A DNA stretch of 64,000 nucleotides, from assembly GCA_000934665.2 (NCBI GenBank), contig KZ538242.1:1-64000 (forward strand), in the 5' to 3' direction. Made by a program: the position numbers and the translations under genes. Positions 1 through 12,875 of this stretch are shown piece after piece. The DNA is from Catajapyx aquilonaris (taxonomy: Eukaryota). The notes beneath the pieces were generated by a model. That model worked only from the letters and a program-made list of their open reading frames with translations, searched no databases and was not told the origin of the DNA. Within the stretch, counting starts at the first letter, position 1. Every line of letters starts with the position of its first letter.

Positions 1-166
1 TTCCCACGCATATTTACTAGTTACAGAAATGGCCGCAGTGGCGCTTTCCCATGTTAAACTCGCATAGACGGTGGCGCCACTGCGGAATTTTTCCATGAGT
101 CTCCGTAATAAGCCGTGGACCACTACTGTGAGCCATTAAATAAAACGTGTCCTTATTTTTTTTAAG

Positions 167-1827
167 GGGAGATGTTATAGAGACTTGGAGGCAGAGACAG
201 CCAAGAACATAAGTGAAATTGCTGCCCTTGTCGGCAATGTTGATTCAGAGGCTACCTCATCTGATAATGCAGTCCTTCAACAAGTTCATTCCTGTGGGAT
301 TCAAGGATTGTACCTGGTGCAAGAGGAAACACTGAAGCAGGAGACTGGCATGGAGAGTGAATCATGGAGCCAGGTATGGTCATTACTTGACTACGTGAGG
401 GGGTTAGGAACGGAAAGTGGCTTGTGCCGAGAAAACACCACTTTTCGGTTTCGATTTGTATTTCTGCATATGTTATTCCCATGTTTCCTCCTCTTCTTAT
501 GGACCCAAGATAATGCAATTTGACCTGAGCATCTTTGGCTCATTTACCTGCAGGTTTTGATACCAGTGCATCATGTGGGAGAAATGCCTTATTTTATAGG
601 CAGCTTAATACAGCGAAACAGTCAGCCTTCAAACTTGATGATTATGTTTGGGCTTTTTATGAAATCACTGCTTTTGTCAGTAACCTCCCAATTTATGATC
701 CAGGGAAATTATGGGTAGTGCACACTCCCATTATATTATTACCAGTCTCCATTTATCTTGTGATTTTACTTCAGGCCTCTACTTCTGCAAGGTGGGAGAA
801 CACTGAGTCTGTCAAAGTTGAGGAGATTCCTTTAGATGCAAGGTTTTTACATTAGATCCGTTTACATGTGAGCGATTTGATCGTTCGATGTCATCGCCAA
901 GTGATGAATCCAATCTTTTGGGGTGAAAGTTACAATCACGGTATCAGTCGTAACTCGGGTGACTCAGCAATGATGTACGCTCACCTTTATAATTTAGTAC
1001 ATGGCCATCATAATAGAGTAAAGATGAGGAACCAGTTTGCTGAAAGTGATGTGAGCTGATGTGAACAAGAATTTATTCACTAAAAGTCTTATTGAATATT
1101 GCAGGTTGATGAAACAGAAAAGGTTGAAGTCATTGACCTGACCTTGCATGAGAATGACTCCAGGGATGGATGTGCACCATCCGCTCCCTCAGCTGATGAG
1201 GTTGGTTGTGGCTCTGAAACAGATAGTCCAAATGACATTGATGGCTGCTCTTCTCATGGGACTTCTGGTGCTTTGGATACAGTGAAAGGAAAGGAGATTC
1301 CAGGCAAGAAATGGCATCAGTGTGATCTATGCTCATACAAGACTCAAAAGAATTGGTCATTCAACAGGCATAAAATTGTTCACACAAATGATAAAAAGCC
1401 TTTTGGTTGCACTGCCTGTGAAAAAAGATTTACATCCAACCGCAACATGCAGTTGCATTATCAGGGAGTCCATCTTGGCCTTACTACTTTTTCTTGTGGC
1501 GTATGTTATAGGAAATATCGAGATAAGGAGAAATTGGAGGAGCACAAGATGACCCATGCCGGCAGGAAGCAGCATTCATGCATAGTATGCAAACAGTCCT
1601 TTACGCTACCTAAACATTTGAATTATCACATGAAACTTCACACTGGGGAAAGAAAGTTGCACTGTTGCACCCTTTGTGGCAAAGGGTTCAAGTGCAAATA
1701 TGAGTTGGTTGAACATTTTAGAGTCCACACTGGTGAGAAGCCTTATTGTTGTGACATATGCCAATGGAAGTTTGCTCGTCGTAGTCACTTAATTCGCCAC
1801 AAGAAAACCCACTCATGTTCAAGGTAG
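167..1827 (+). CDS. C2H2 zinc-finger protein, 3' part (head upstream of the window or absent); exons ~167-373, 775-837, 1105-1827; 6 fingers
   Basis: ORF 1099-1827 has six CxxC..HxxxH fingers and a TGEKP linker. Upstream exons have AG acceptors in phase 0. The donor after 837 is degenerate. Confidence 0.85.
855..986. mobile_element. MITE (CGTTTACATGTGAGCGATTTG family), degenerate
   Basis: It interrupts the paralog-conserved cacatta|taatttagc with TTA on both sides. Its left end is shared with the elements at 33917 and 46389. Confidence 0.55.
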
Positions 1828-2081
1828 TAGAGTTGCACCTTGTGTAATCACTTAACGTTTGATTCAGTGAGTCTGTGAGAAATATCCAGTAGTGTCCTTC
1901 ACTGCTCTTTCCAGTGCTAAGGGTACTAATAACTGACCATGTTTGGAAATAAATTTCTGACGTGTGAGCACTGATTTAAAAAAAATAAAAGATTTTAAAC
2001 CCCCTTTTTAACCAGATTAGGGTTTATAGTGGGGTGGATTACCACCATTTAGAATAATTATTCCATTTTTATTCCGTCACC

Positions 2082-2250
2082 ATGCAAGGACTTCAGGATG
2101 TGCGGTAGGGACAGGGTAGGGGTGCAGGTTAGGTTGCCGGACACCTGCAAGGTGCGGGCCAGAGACACTCCCGCGACGCAGGTGAAAGGAAAGTTCCCCA
2201 GGCATGGATCGACCCTGGGGCCTCTCATTCAGCAAACCGAGCCTTTACCA
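2082..2250 (-). mobile_element. tRNA-derived SINE fragment
   Basis: Homologous to 29014-29260 (gacgcaggtgaaaggaaagttccccagg...gatcga). Confidence 0.6.
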
Positions 2251-2320
2251 CAGGGATATTCAACTGGCGGACCGCGGTCCGGATCCGGACCGCGACGCAA
2301 TTTTGTCCGGACCGCGACAA
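2251..2320. mobile_element. hAT-like terminal fragment with a perfect 22-bp palindrome (2273-2294)
   Basis: It starts CAGGG..CAACT and is followed by repeated GGACCGCG units. It truncates the adjacent SINE. No partner end was seen. Confidence 0.4.
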
Positions 2321-2437
2321 CATACATAACAGGACAGTTGTTTGAAATAGCAAATGGACTTGAATTATCCTGTTTCCAACACTTGCAGTTCATTGACCAC
2401 ACCGGTCAGAATGCACTCTACGGTCTGTTTTTCAGAC

Positions 2438-2497
2438 GGCGATAGGAACACGCCCTCTTAAACCCAATCCAAGATGGCGACCGTCTCTTTCCTTTAA
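2438..2497 (+). promoter_or_regulatory. Conserved promoter/5'UTR block (CGATA, CACGCCC GC/GT-box, CCAAT, YY1/Pho-like CAAGATGGCG, pyrimidine tract); representative of 16 copies
   Basis: It precedes every head by ~150-180 nt. The ATG within AGATGGC lies at 2474, 9898, 14542, 18817, 22055, 25648, 28055, 30178, 32825, 36650, 40659, 45738, 50231, 54335, 58570 and 62852. Factor assignments rest on motif resemblance only. Confidence 0.65.
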
Positions 2498-2652
2498 GAA
2501 GACTGTTCCTCTGAAGCATTTCCTTCCATTTCCACCTCCTTTTGGACCCCCCTTCCTTCCCTTTGTCCGTCTCCCTTCTGATCCAGCATCATCTGGACCA
2601 TATCATCCGAACATCCTGATCCGGACCGAGGACTCTTAGAGGTGCACAAGCC

Positions 2653-5600
2653 ATGTCTCCAGTCACCCTGGAGTCTCTGATGGAAGTGTCTCTAGGCAAC
2701 AGGAGGATTCTGGAAGGGTTGATGTCACGAATGGACTGGTGCCAGGAGGCCATCGGGAGGGTGGAGGGGTGGATGAAGAAGAAGAAGAAGAAGGGAGGGA
2801 GGGATGAACCAGCAGATACACAAAGCTGCGGACAAGGTGAAGCACAACCATGTTATTCCGAACATTATGTAAGGGTGTGCATCGGATATTAATGCGTCTT
2901 GCGTTCCAGAAGTTGCTTCAGGCCAGTCCCTTCCCATCGAGTTTGTTTCTATGGACACTGGAGATGCAGGTAGCGAGTCAATGCCTGCGTGTGACATTGA
3001 GGAGGAAATAAAAGTGGAGGAAGAGGAATGGGAAGAGGAGCAGGTGAGGACAAGGGTAGGACATGAAGGATCATGTCCTGATGGACTCCGGCTCAAAGTT
3101 GTAATTGGTTTTTGATTCACCTTCGTCTATAAATCCTGCTATAGCCTACTAGCATAGCATTGCTGTCCATCGACACTGGTAAGCATAACCACACAATTTA
3201 AGTCAGCACTAAATTACGACATTTTGGACTCCACTTGTAAATAGCATGATTACTTGTACTTTAAAATGTTGAGTAGAAATTGATGCAGGACAATAAAAAC
3301 TAGAAATATTCATTCAAGAATTTTTGCCCCATTGTGCTCTATGGGAGATCTGACTGTCATGTAATTCAATCACTGGTTATGCAGCAAGTGTTTATTGGGT
3401 ACACTTGATTGGAAACATTGTTTGTAATAAGGTCCTGGGATAGTTAAAAAAATATATTTTAAAGCGCCTGTTACTGCCAGTAACTTGGTTAGTCAATTGA
3501 ATTAATTGTTGTTCTTTTTTAGGACAGATGTTGTAGAGACTTGGAAGCAGAGGCAGTCATAAACATCAGTGAAATTGCTGCCCTTGTTGGCAATGCTGAT
3601 TCAGAAGCTACATCATGTGATCTTCCAGTCATTGGAGGAGTTCATTCCTGTGGGATTCAGGAATCGCACCTGCTTCAAGAGGGAACAGTGAAGCAAGAGA
3701 CGGGGACGGAGAATGAGTCATGGAGCCAGGTACGGTGTGTTTACTTGATTACTGGAGGATTTGGAAGCCATTAGAAGTCAGATTGACCCAACCTCATTCT
3801 GAGAAAATGGAACTTCTCTAGCTTTCATTTGTATGTTATGGTACCAATAAGATGACTCCTTTCGACCAATGTCTTTGTCTGATTAAGCGTGCCATTACTT
3901 GAAGATTTTAATGTCCATGACAGCTCTAAAGCAATGACAATTGAAGACAGCCATGTTTGACAATCACCTCCTCACTTGATTGTGCAGTGTTTGTGTAATG
4001 TACATTTCACATTTCACAGTGAATATTTTGTCGAATGCTCCATATATCTGGAGATCTTTGTTGATAATGTTGTCCGGGAATGCTCCCAAAATTGTTAACA
4101 ATAGTTTTAATGACAAATGATTTAGGGCCTGTTTCACCAAGCCCGGTTTTCATAAAAACCCCTGTTCTTTCGGAAAATCCCTATTCTATTTGCAGGGATT
4201 TTCCGAAAGAACCGCGGTTTTTATGAAAACCTGGCTTGGTGAAACCGGGCCTTATGATTGTTTCCATGAGACAAACTCTGCTGTAAACAAAGTCAAACAT
4301 GTAACTGAAGAATGAATAAGGCAATCATTATACAGGGTGGTTGGTAAATGGCGCCCAATCTTCAGGTAGCGAGATTCCTTGTGAAAAACCAGTATATGGA
4401 AGTGAAGGTCCTATTGCTCTACCATCTACAAATCTCCTTTTCTCTGTAATTTTACTTCAGGCCTCTACTTCCGCCTCTACTTCCTGGGAGAACACTGGGT
4501 CCATCAAAGTTGGGGAGATTCCATTAGAGGCGAGTGTTTCACATTATTTTTGAGCACATGAGCCGGTGTTTGCTGCAACTGATGTGAATAGAACTTATGT
4601 GAACAAGAGCAGGAATATATTCTCTAGAAGTCCTATTTAATATTGCAGGTTGATGAAACAGAAACGGTTGAAGTTGGTGACCTGACCTTGCGTTTGAATG
4701 TCTCCACCGATGAACATGCTCCATCTGCTCACTCAGCTGGTGATCCTGGTTGTGGCTCAAGTCGGAACAAAAACCAAAGGCGACAAAGGAAGGTATGTTT
4801 CTCTTGGTGTTAGGCCAAAACTAAGTGTCCAGTTGCCAAAATTTGGCAAAAGTTAAAGTGGTTAGTGTGGTAAATGCAGCTGGGAGTGGTAGGAAGGGGA
4901 GCAACATCTTACGCCAAAGGGGTAAAGTGCAGACTCTTAGCAAGGAGGTGACGCCCTGAGCTTGCCTGAGCGGCGTTATTGGGAATTAAGTGGAACAGGA
5001 GTTGGTTTTTTTGGGGTTTCCATCTTTTTTTTGTTGAAAAGGCCACAGATTTCTCAAAATGCTATTGTTCTTGATCACAACTTTTGATCAACTTAAAACC
5101 TGGAATGTTCATTCCCGCCTGCATTACTTATAGCGCAAGAAACTAATGCAGCCAACTGAAACAGAGAGTCCCAATGACACTGATGGCTTCTCTGCTGAGT
5201 ACCAGCAGGGCACTTCTGGTGCTTTGGATACAGTGAAAAGAAAGGAGACGCCAGGAAAGAAATGGCGTCAGTGTGATCAATGCTCATATAAGACTCAGGA
5301 CAAAAGTAACTTCAGCAGGCATAAAATTGTTCACAGAAGTCATGAAAAGCCTTTTGGTTGCACTGGCTGCGGAAAGAGATTTAAGACAAACAGCACCTTG
5401 CAGTTGCATTATCAGGGAGTCCATCTTGGTGTGAAGCCTTTCTCTTGTGACATGTGTGATAGGAAGTTTAATAGGAGGTGGACTTTGGAGGAGCACAAGA
5501 TGACCCACACTGGCAAGAGGCAGCATTCATGTGAAGTGTGCAAGAAATCCTTTACTCTAGCTAGGAAATTGAAGTCTCACATGAAACTTCACACGGGAGA

Positions 5601-5769
5601 GAGAGAGTTACACTCTTGCTCTCAGTGTGGCCGAAAGTTTGAGCACAAATTTAGATTGGTTGCCCATATGAAGACACACACTGGTGAAAAGCTGTTCTGT
5701 TGTGACATATGCCAGAAGAAGTTTTCTCTTCTTAGTTATGTTATTCGTCACAAGAAATCCCACGCATAA
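2653..5769 (+). CDS. Complete head + six-finger C2H2 ZNF gene; exons 2653-2836, 2874-3043, 3523-3729, 4461-4529, 4649-4792, 5134-5769 (~469 aa)
   Basis: Exon lengths 184+170+207+69+144+636 = 1410 nt join in frame without stops. Introns are GT-AG except a GC donor at 4530. Intron 1 is only 37 nt. Confidence 0.85.
4125..4251. mobile_element. Palindromic MITE, PIF/Harbinger-like
   Basis: TIRs gggcctgtttcaccaag / cttggtgaaaccgggcc, an almost fully hairpin body, and TTA flanks. Confidence 0.8.
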
Positions 5770-6622
5770 TCAAGGCCACAGAGTTGCGCTATGTGCCGTA
5801 ACACATTTTCAGCCTTGTTTTGAAATATCACATGCTAATGCATGCTGGTGTCAAGTCATTTCATTGCAACTTGTGTCAGAAAATGTCTTGGGATTCCTTT
5901 GTATTATTGAGATCATTCAAATGATGTTATTTTGATATCTGGTTGAACCTAACCATGTTTCTTCCTCAACGTGGATCCAAAGTTACAATAAAAAGCAGGA
6001 AGAGTGAAAAAAAAACTTAAGATTTACATATTTGAACATTTTGAACCTATAAATGTGTCCATTAGCAACTAATCATACATCACGTCCTATACCTGCACTT
6101 ATCTTGCAGTGAAACCAACTGTTTCCTCCTTCAAGCGCCATGTGTAGAGGTCATAATATGCAGCCGTGAACAGTACATGACTGGCAGGGAGGAACAGAAG
6201 GGTAATTTCACTGCATGGTAAGCTTGGTAGAATGTAATTTTAATTACAGGTGACATGAAGATAACAAGTGACTACACTTTCATACTGAAACTGTAGAATT
6301 CATATGTACATTCTTAAAATTTAAAGTCAGTGAGCAATTGAGCACATGGCCCTCGTAAAACTGGTCTCCCCTGTCAAAACTTTGGTGCATTTGGTTTCTA
6401 TCTTCTGCCATGGTTCATTCTGTTTGACGGGAGAATTTTTTGCCATTCTATTGTAATTTTTTCAGCCCACCTTTCGTTCCTGCAACGCATAAATGTACTG
6501 TATGTGTAGGGCAATTTCTGATATTTCATTGTTTATTTTTTGTGTAATCAGTTATAAAAGAAGATTAAAAGTCCTGCAGTAACCTTGTTAGGCAATTGAA
6601 TAAAATTAATTCTTATTTTTAG

Positions 6623-7630
6623 GGGAGCTGCTATAGAGATTTGGAGGCAGAGACATCCAAAAACATCAGTGAAATTGCTGCCCCTGTCGGCAATGCAGAT
6701 TCAGAAGCTACATCACCTGACCTTCCAGTCATTGGAGAAGTTTTTTCTTGTGGGATTCAAGGATTGCAAGAGGGAACAGTGAAGCAGGAGATGGGCATGG
6801 AGAATGAGTTATGGAGCCAGGTATGGTCATTGCTTGATTACTTCAGGAGGTGTAAGCAAAAATGTACTTTTATCGTAGCTTCTTGGCCTAAACCTCATTC
6901 TGAAAATATGCCACTTTTTGTGAGTTGCGATTAGCTGCGAAAGTGATTTGAATGCTCATTCCCACCTACATTACTTTTGAATTCTTTGTAGCACAAGAAA
7001 CTACCGCAGCCAACAGAAACAGATGGTCCAACCAACACTGATGGCTTCTCTGTTCTGTACCATGGGAATCCTGGTGGTTTGGAAATGGTGGAGATGCCAG
7101 GAAGGAAATGGCATCAATGTGGTAGATGCTCATATAAGACTGAATACATTTCTAACTTCAACAGGCATAAAATTGTTCACAGAAGTGGTGAAAAGCCTCA
7201 TGGTTGCACTGCTTGTGAAAAGCGATTTACATCAAGGCACTCCTTGCAATCGCATTATAAGGCTGTCCATCTTGGTTTTAAGGCTTTCTCTTGTGAAGTG
7301 TGCGATAGGAAGTTTCGCGAGAAGAGGCAGTGGGAGAACCACAAGATGACCCACACCGGCATGAAGCCGCTTTCCTGTCAAGTGTGCAAAAAATCATTTC
7401 CTCGTGCTAGACTATTGAAGCATCACATGCAATTTCACACTGGAGAAAGAGAGTTACACTCTTGCTCCATTTGTGACAAATGGTTCGAGTTCAATTCTGA
7501 TTTGGTCACACATGTGAGGGTCCACACTGGTGAGAAGCCTTATTGTTGCGACATATGCCAGAAGAAGTACGCTCATCGTTCCAGCTTAAATAATCACAAG
7601 AAGAAAGATCACTCTGGCGCAAGGTCCTAA
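6623..7630 (+). CDS. Headless C2H2 ZNF cassette; exons 6623-6820 and 6992-7630; 6 intact fingers
   Basis: Both exons are open and have phase-0 acceptors. There is no promoter block or head exon between 5769 and 6623. Confidence 0.75.
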
Positions 7631-8134
7631 GAGATGCACCATGCGGTATAAAACATTTGCGGCCTTACCTGTTTGAAAATGCCAGATGTTAATACACACT
7701 GGTGTTAAAACCATTTCAGTGCAACACGTGTCAGAAAATGTCTTTTTGCAGTTCATTCCTGAACAAACATGTAAAAGTGATTCACCAGAGAAAAGAAGCA
7801 GTTGTACCATTTTTAAAGAAGGCAGAGGGTGAAAAAAAAACGTGCCCTCCACTTGGTAGTGCAAAGAGTACTGAATAACTGACTGTATATATTAGGAAAT
7901 AAATTGCTGTTGGGTGAACATTAATGACAATGAAAACACAGACAGGAATAACAATGAAGTCTTATTTCGGACCGAAGCTACAACTCGACTGTCTTGGATG
8001 ACAGCTAATCCAGAACTTATTACAACATTCCAAACTAACTCTGCTTCTAATATTCAAAACATCAACAGTTTGGTTGACTAGGTAACAGTCAACCATCCCA
8101 GTGCCAGGACACTGCCGTTCTTATTTTTTTAAAG

Positions 8135-9323
8135 GGAAGCTGAAATAGGAACATGGAAGCAGAGACAATCAAAAACATGGGTGAAATTTCTGGCCTTGTT
8201 GGCAATGTTGATTCAAAAGCTTCTGCATCCTGGGAGACCACTGGGTCCGCCAAAGTTGAGGGGATTCCATTAGAGGCAAGTGTTTTTCACATTATGATTT
8301 AGCACATGGTCCTCATAAAGGAGTAAAGATGCGGAAACAATTTTCTGTAAGTGATGTGAATAGAACTGATCAGAAGAAGGGCAGATTCACTAATAGTTCT
8401 TGCATATTGCAGGTTGATGAAACAGAAGAGAAGGTAATCGATGACCTGACCGTGTGTTCGAATGACTCCAGCGATGATCATTCCCCATCTGCTCCCTCAG
8501 CTGGTGATCCTCTTCGTGAATCAAGTCGGGGAAAAAACCAAAGGCCACAAAGAAAGGTACGTTTGTCTTAGTGTTAGTGTTAAGTAAATCAGAGGCCAAA
8601 CCCAACTTATTAAAAATCAGGCGCTTTTGCCGATTGACTTTAACATCAACTCCCATTGCCCCACCTGTACTACTATTCAATTCATTGCAGCACAAGAAAC
8701 TACTGCAGCCAACCACAACAGATAGTCCAAATGACACTGATGGCTTCTCTGATCAGAACCATGGGACTTCTGGTGCTTTGGATACAGTGAAGGGAAAGGC
8801 GATGCCGGCGAAATGGCACCAGTGCGATCTATGCTCCTATAAGACTCAAAACAGTAGAAACTTCAACAAGCATGAAACTGGTCACAGAAGTCATGAAAAG
8901 CCTTTCGGTTGCGCTGCTTGTGAGAAACGATTTATGACAAACCGCTACATGTGGTTGCATTATCAGGCTGTACATCGTGGTGATGCTTCTTTTTCTTGTG
9001 AAGTGTGCCATAAGAAGTTTAGCGAGAAGAGGAATTTGGAGGAGCACAAATTGACCCACACTGGCAGGAAGCAGCATTCATGTCAAGTGTGCAAGAAATC
9101 CTACACGCTAGCTAGGCACCTGAAGTATCACATGCAAATTCACACCGGAGAAAGAGAGCTAGACTCTTGCACCCACTGTGGCAAAGGGTTTGAGCGCAGA
9201 TGTCACCTGATTGTACATGTGAGGGTCCACACTGGTGAGAAGCCCTATTGTTGCGACATTTGCCAGAGGAAGTTTGCTTATCGCTCTACCTTTCTTCAAC
9301 ACAAGAAAACCCACTCGGGATAA
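8135..9323 (+). CDS. Headless C2H2 ZNF cassette or pseudogene; exons 8135-8275, 8413-8556, 8691-9323; 6 fingers
   Basis: The finger exon is intact. The first exon has TGG>TGA at its third codon, followed by an in-frame ATG at 8153. No head lies upstream. Confidence 0.65.
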
Positions 9324-9648
9324 GTAGGGTCGTAGAGTTGCTCCATTCTTTGATAAAACATTTTCTGCCTTACTTTGTTTGAAAGTTAATGCAACTTGTG
9401 CCTTCTCGCAGTTCATACCTGAAAAGCGATGTGCTATGGAAGACAAGAAGGTTTTTATGATTTAATTTTTTTCAGAACTAATAAGCGGGCAATTCCTTTC
9501 TGTTGATGAGATTACAATAAAAATGTACTAAGAATGAAAGATGATTGGCACTTATTTTTAAATGTTTCCAGCATTTTTCCATTTACAAGGTCAATTTCAA
9601 GTAGAGCGCCGATGAGTGTGGCAGCCGTAGCGAATGCGCCCTCCCCCC

Positions 9649-9672
9649 NNNNNNNNNNNNNNNNNNNNNNNN
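9649..9672. other. Assembly gap (24 N) within a poly-C tract
   Basis: A run of N flanked by C homopolymers. Confidence 0.95.
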
Positions 9673-10061
9673 CCCCCCCAAAAAAAAAATAAGAAATTAA
9701 TACTTCCCGACTGAGTTTTCCAGGCAGCCACAACTACCCTCCCGCCTTCCAATGCTCACATGTCACGCACTAAGTTATTAATTAATATTAAACAAATTCA
9801 AATAATTTGCATATTTGTTGGCTTCCAGTCAGAAGGCACCCTCAGGACTGTTTTTTCAGGCAGCGATGCGAACACGCCCTCTTAAACCCAATCCAAGATG
9901 GCGACCGTCTCTTTCCTTTAAGAAGACTGTTCCTCTGAAGCATTTCCTTTCCATTTCCGCCTCCTTTTGGACCCCCCTTCCTTCTCTTCTGGTCCAGCAT
10001 CATCTGGACCATCTGTCGAACATCCTGATCCGGACTGAGGACTCTTAGAGGTGCACAAGCC

Positions 10062-12058
10062 ATGTCTCCAGTCACCCTGGAGTCTCTGATGGAAGTGTCT
10101 CTAGGCAACAGGAGGCTTCTGGAAGGATTGATGTCACGAATGGACTGGTGCCAGGAGGCCATCGGGAGGGTGGAAGGGTGGATGAAGAACAGAGGGAAGG
10201 AAGGTACGCATGACGCATATGAACAAGGGTGTGCGTCGGATATCAATGCGTCTTGCATTCCAGAAGTTGCTTCAGGCCAGCTGCTTCCCACCGAGTTTGT
10301 TTCTGTCAACACTGGAGATGCAGGCTGCGAGTCAATGCCTGCAAACATTGAAGAGGACATAAAAGTGGAGGAAGAGGACTGGGCATCGCAGCAGGTGGGG
10401 CCGGATCAAGTGCCGATAGCGCCTGAAAATAAAAAGTGCCTCTAATCTTCTTCGTCAATTGAATAAAATTGTGTTCTTATTTATTTAGGAGAGCTGGAAC
10501 AGAGACTTTGAAGCAGAGACAGCCAAAAACATCAGTGAAATTGCTGCACTTGTCGGGAATGTTGATTCAGAAGTTGGACGTTCAGTAGGTATGACACATT
10601 CTTTACTGTCGCACCTGCATGTTAGAAGGCGCGTAGGACTACTGGAAATGAAACCATGCTTTAATATGTTCCGATTAGTGTTGTTAATTATTCTTCTAAT
10701 AAGTTTCATAATATGCTGAGCATGAACCGTTCCCAAAAGTTGGGAAGTATCATTTGGACCAAACAGTCAGAGGTGGTCAGAGCAATTTTGGGTTAATGTG
10801 TGGAGTCAAACTGGATGCTCTTAAATGATCCGCTCTGTGTGCCACCTGAATCAGCCATTTTTCTGTGTTCATTTGCAGGTGGAGCGGCTTCCTCACTTTC
10901 TGCAGCCTTGGAGAACACCGAATCCGTCAAACTTGAGGAGATTCCATTAGAGGTAAGTGTTTCACGTTACAATTTAGCTGGTGGCAAAAGAGTCACGGTG
11001 AGAAAGCAGTTTGCTATTAGTGATGTGAATAGGACTGATGAAAACAAGTGCAGGGACAGATTCACTAATAGTTCTATTGAATATTGCAGGTTGATGACAC
11101 AGAAAAGGAAGAAATCGGTGACCTGATCTTGCATGTGAATGACTCCAGCAATGAACATGCCCCATCTGACCACTCAGCTGGTGATCCTGGTTGTGGCTCA
11201 AGTCAGAAAATCAACCAAAGGCAACAAAGGAAGGTATGCTTCTCATTGTGTTAAGCGAATCTAGACCTAACCTAATTGATGGAAAAGAAGGGTTTTATGC
11301 CATAGCATGAACTTAACATGAATCTAAACGTGAACAGCATTGGTGTAATATCACACCTTTCACCAGAATAAATGACTGCACTGACACCTCCATTACTTTT
11401 GGATTTCTTGTAGCACAAGAAACGAATGCAGCCCACTGACACAGAGAGTTCAAATGACTCTGCTGAATACCAGGGCACTTCTGGTTCTTCGGATACGGTG
11501 AAAGAAAAGGAGATGCCAGGAAAGAAATGGCTTCAGTGTGATCAATGCTCATATAAGACTCGAGACAATAGTAACTTCAGAAGGCATAAAATTGTTCACA
11601 GAAATGACGAAAAGGCTTACTGTTGCACTGCCTGTGGAAAGAGATTTACGTCCAACCGCAACATGCAGTTGCATTATCAGACTGTCCATCTGGGTGTTGC
11701 CCCTTTCTCTCGTGAAGCGTGTGATACTGAGAGGAAGTTTAGTGAGAAGAGGAATTTGGAGGAGCACAAGACGACCCACGCTGGCAAGAAGCAGCATTCA
11801 TGTGAGGTGTGCAAAAAATCATTCATTCTAGCTAGGCAATTAAAGTGTCACATGCAACTTCACACTGGACAACGAGAGGTACACACTTGCTTCTATTGCG
11901 GCAAAGAATTTAACTACAAATGTCACATGGTTGAACATTTGAGGGTCCACACTGGTGAGAAGCCACATCGCTGTGACATATGCCAGAGGAAGTTTGCTCA
12001 TCGTTCCACCTTAAATAATCACAAGAAAACGCACAAAGGAGTGACCACTGCTACTTGA
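10062..12058 (+). CDS. Head + C2H2 ZNF gene; exons 10062-10394, 10489-10588, 10879-10952, 11090-11233, 11414-12058
   Basis: The exons join in frame. Finger 3 is damaged (FSREACDTERKF: first Cys lost plus a 2-aa insertion). Confidence 0.82.
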
Positions 12059-12408
12059 AAATATTCTTACGTATAGTGCAGTACTGTACTACTGATCTTA
12101 ACATATGCCCCAAATTTGGTGTATGAATAAAAGGGAAGGAGTAGTCCTTATTATTAAGGCATTTTCACTTCTTCAATTGTCCGCAATTCCAAGGCTAATG
12201 CTATCGGTCCGGTCCGTTCCCTGTCTGGCATGGCCACGCAGGAGACGCAGACAGCGAGTCATTGCCTGCGTGTGACATTGAAACAGAAATAAAAGTGGAG
12301 GAAGAGGACTGGGGAATGGAGCAGGTGAGGACAGGACGGGACGCAGGGTCAAGTGCTGAAAGGCTAAAATTTAAAAGGGCCTGTCACTTTGTTAGTCAAT
12401 CAAATTAA

Positions 12409-12852
12409 CACTTAATCACCAGCGTGAATCTGCCATACATTGGCTACGACGTGGGATCTTTACCACGCAGTTTTAATTTGTTTAAATTTTTGAATTAATA
12501 GCACTAAAGCCATTCTTCCCCGCTAAATTCGGCCTGTATTTTCATCTGTATGTGTAAAAAAAAATCGATCTCCTGCGACCAATTGCTGTGATGTGCTGTG
12601 CTGTGTTTTCTAAAAAAATTATGCGCATTGGCTACGACATGGGGTATATCTGGACCCCACAGGGACGCTTAGCAGCAGAAAAGTACCGGTAACTCTCCCA
12701 AAAAAAAAAATCTACTGATGTCAAAATTTTTCACTGGATCGAAGAAAGTATGTCTGAGGAATAAAGGCCTGCCATTTTTCATTTCATGCCAAATTTATTA
12801 ATCGCGATGGTATTACCTGCTTTGTGGGGGCCAAAAAGTTGGTGATTAAGTG
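12409..12852. mobile_element. Non-autonomous piggyBac-like element
   Basis: TIR cacttaatcacca / tggtgattaagtg with TTAA on both sides. The empty site is visible in the paralog at ~3493. Confidence 0.8.
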
Positions 12853-12875
12853 TTAATTGTGTTCTTATTTTTCAG

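Noticed and set aside
30..131. Hairpin (gcagtggcgc…gcgccactgc) and possible transposon end ccactactgtg
   Set aside because: The other end lies outside the window, so the family cannot be supported.
1357..1575. Recurrent minus-strand and alternate-frame ORFs over the finger exons (MLLPASVGHLVLLQ…, MIYAHTRLK…)
   Set aside because: These are by-products of repeated C2H2 codon patterns.
2653..2790. Assigning the head to KRAB, ZAD, SCAN, BTB or PRDM9-type domains, or giving a gene symbol
   Set aside because: None of the diagnostic motifs is visible, and the fingers are not a minisatellite-like array. No ortholog can be named from the sequence alone.
9842..10360. Recurrent long minus-strand ORFs over the head (…HPSTLPMASWHQSIRDINPSRSLLLPRDTS…), also at 25604, 30065, 54237 and 58478
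   Set aside because: They are antisense shadows of the conserved head and promoter. Their starts, ends and frames vary between copies, and they have no recognisable domain.
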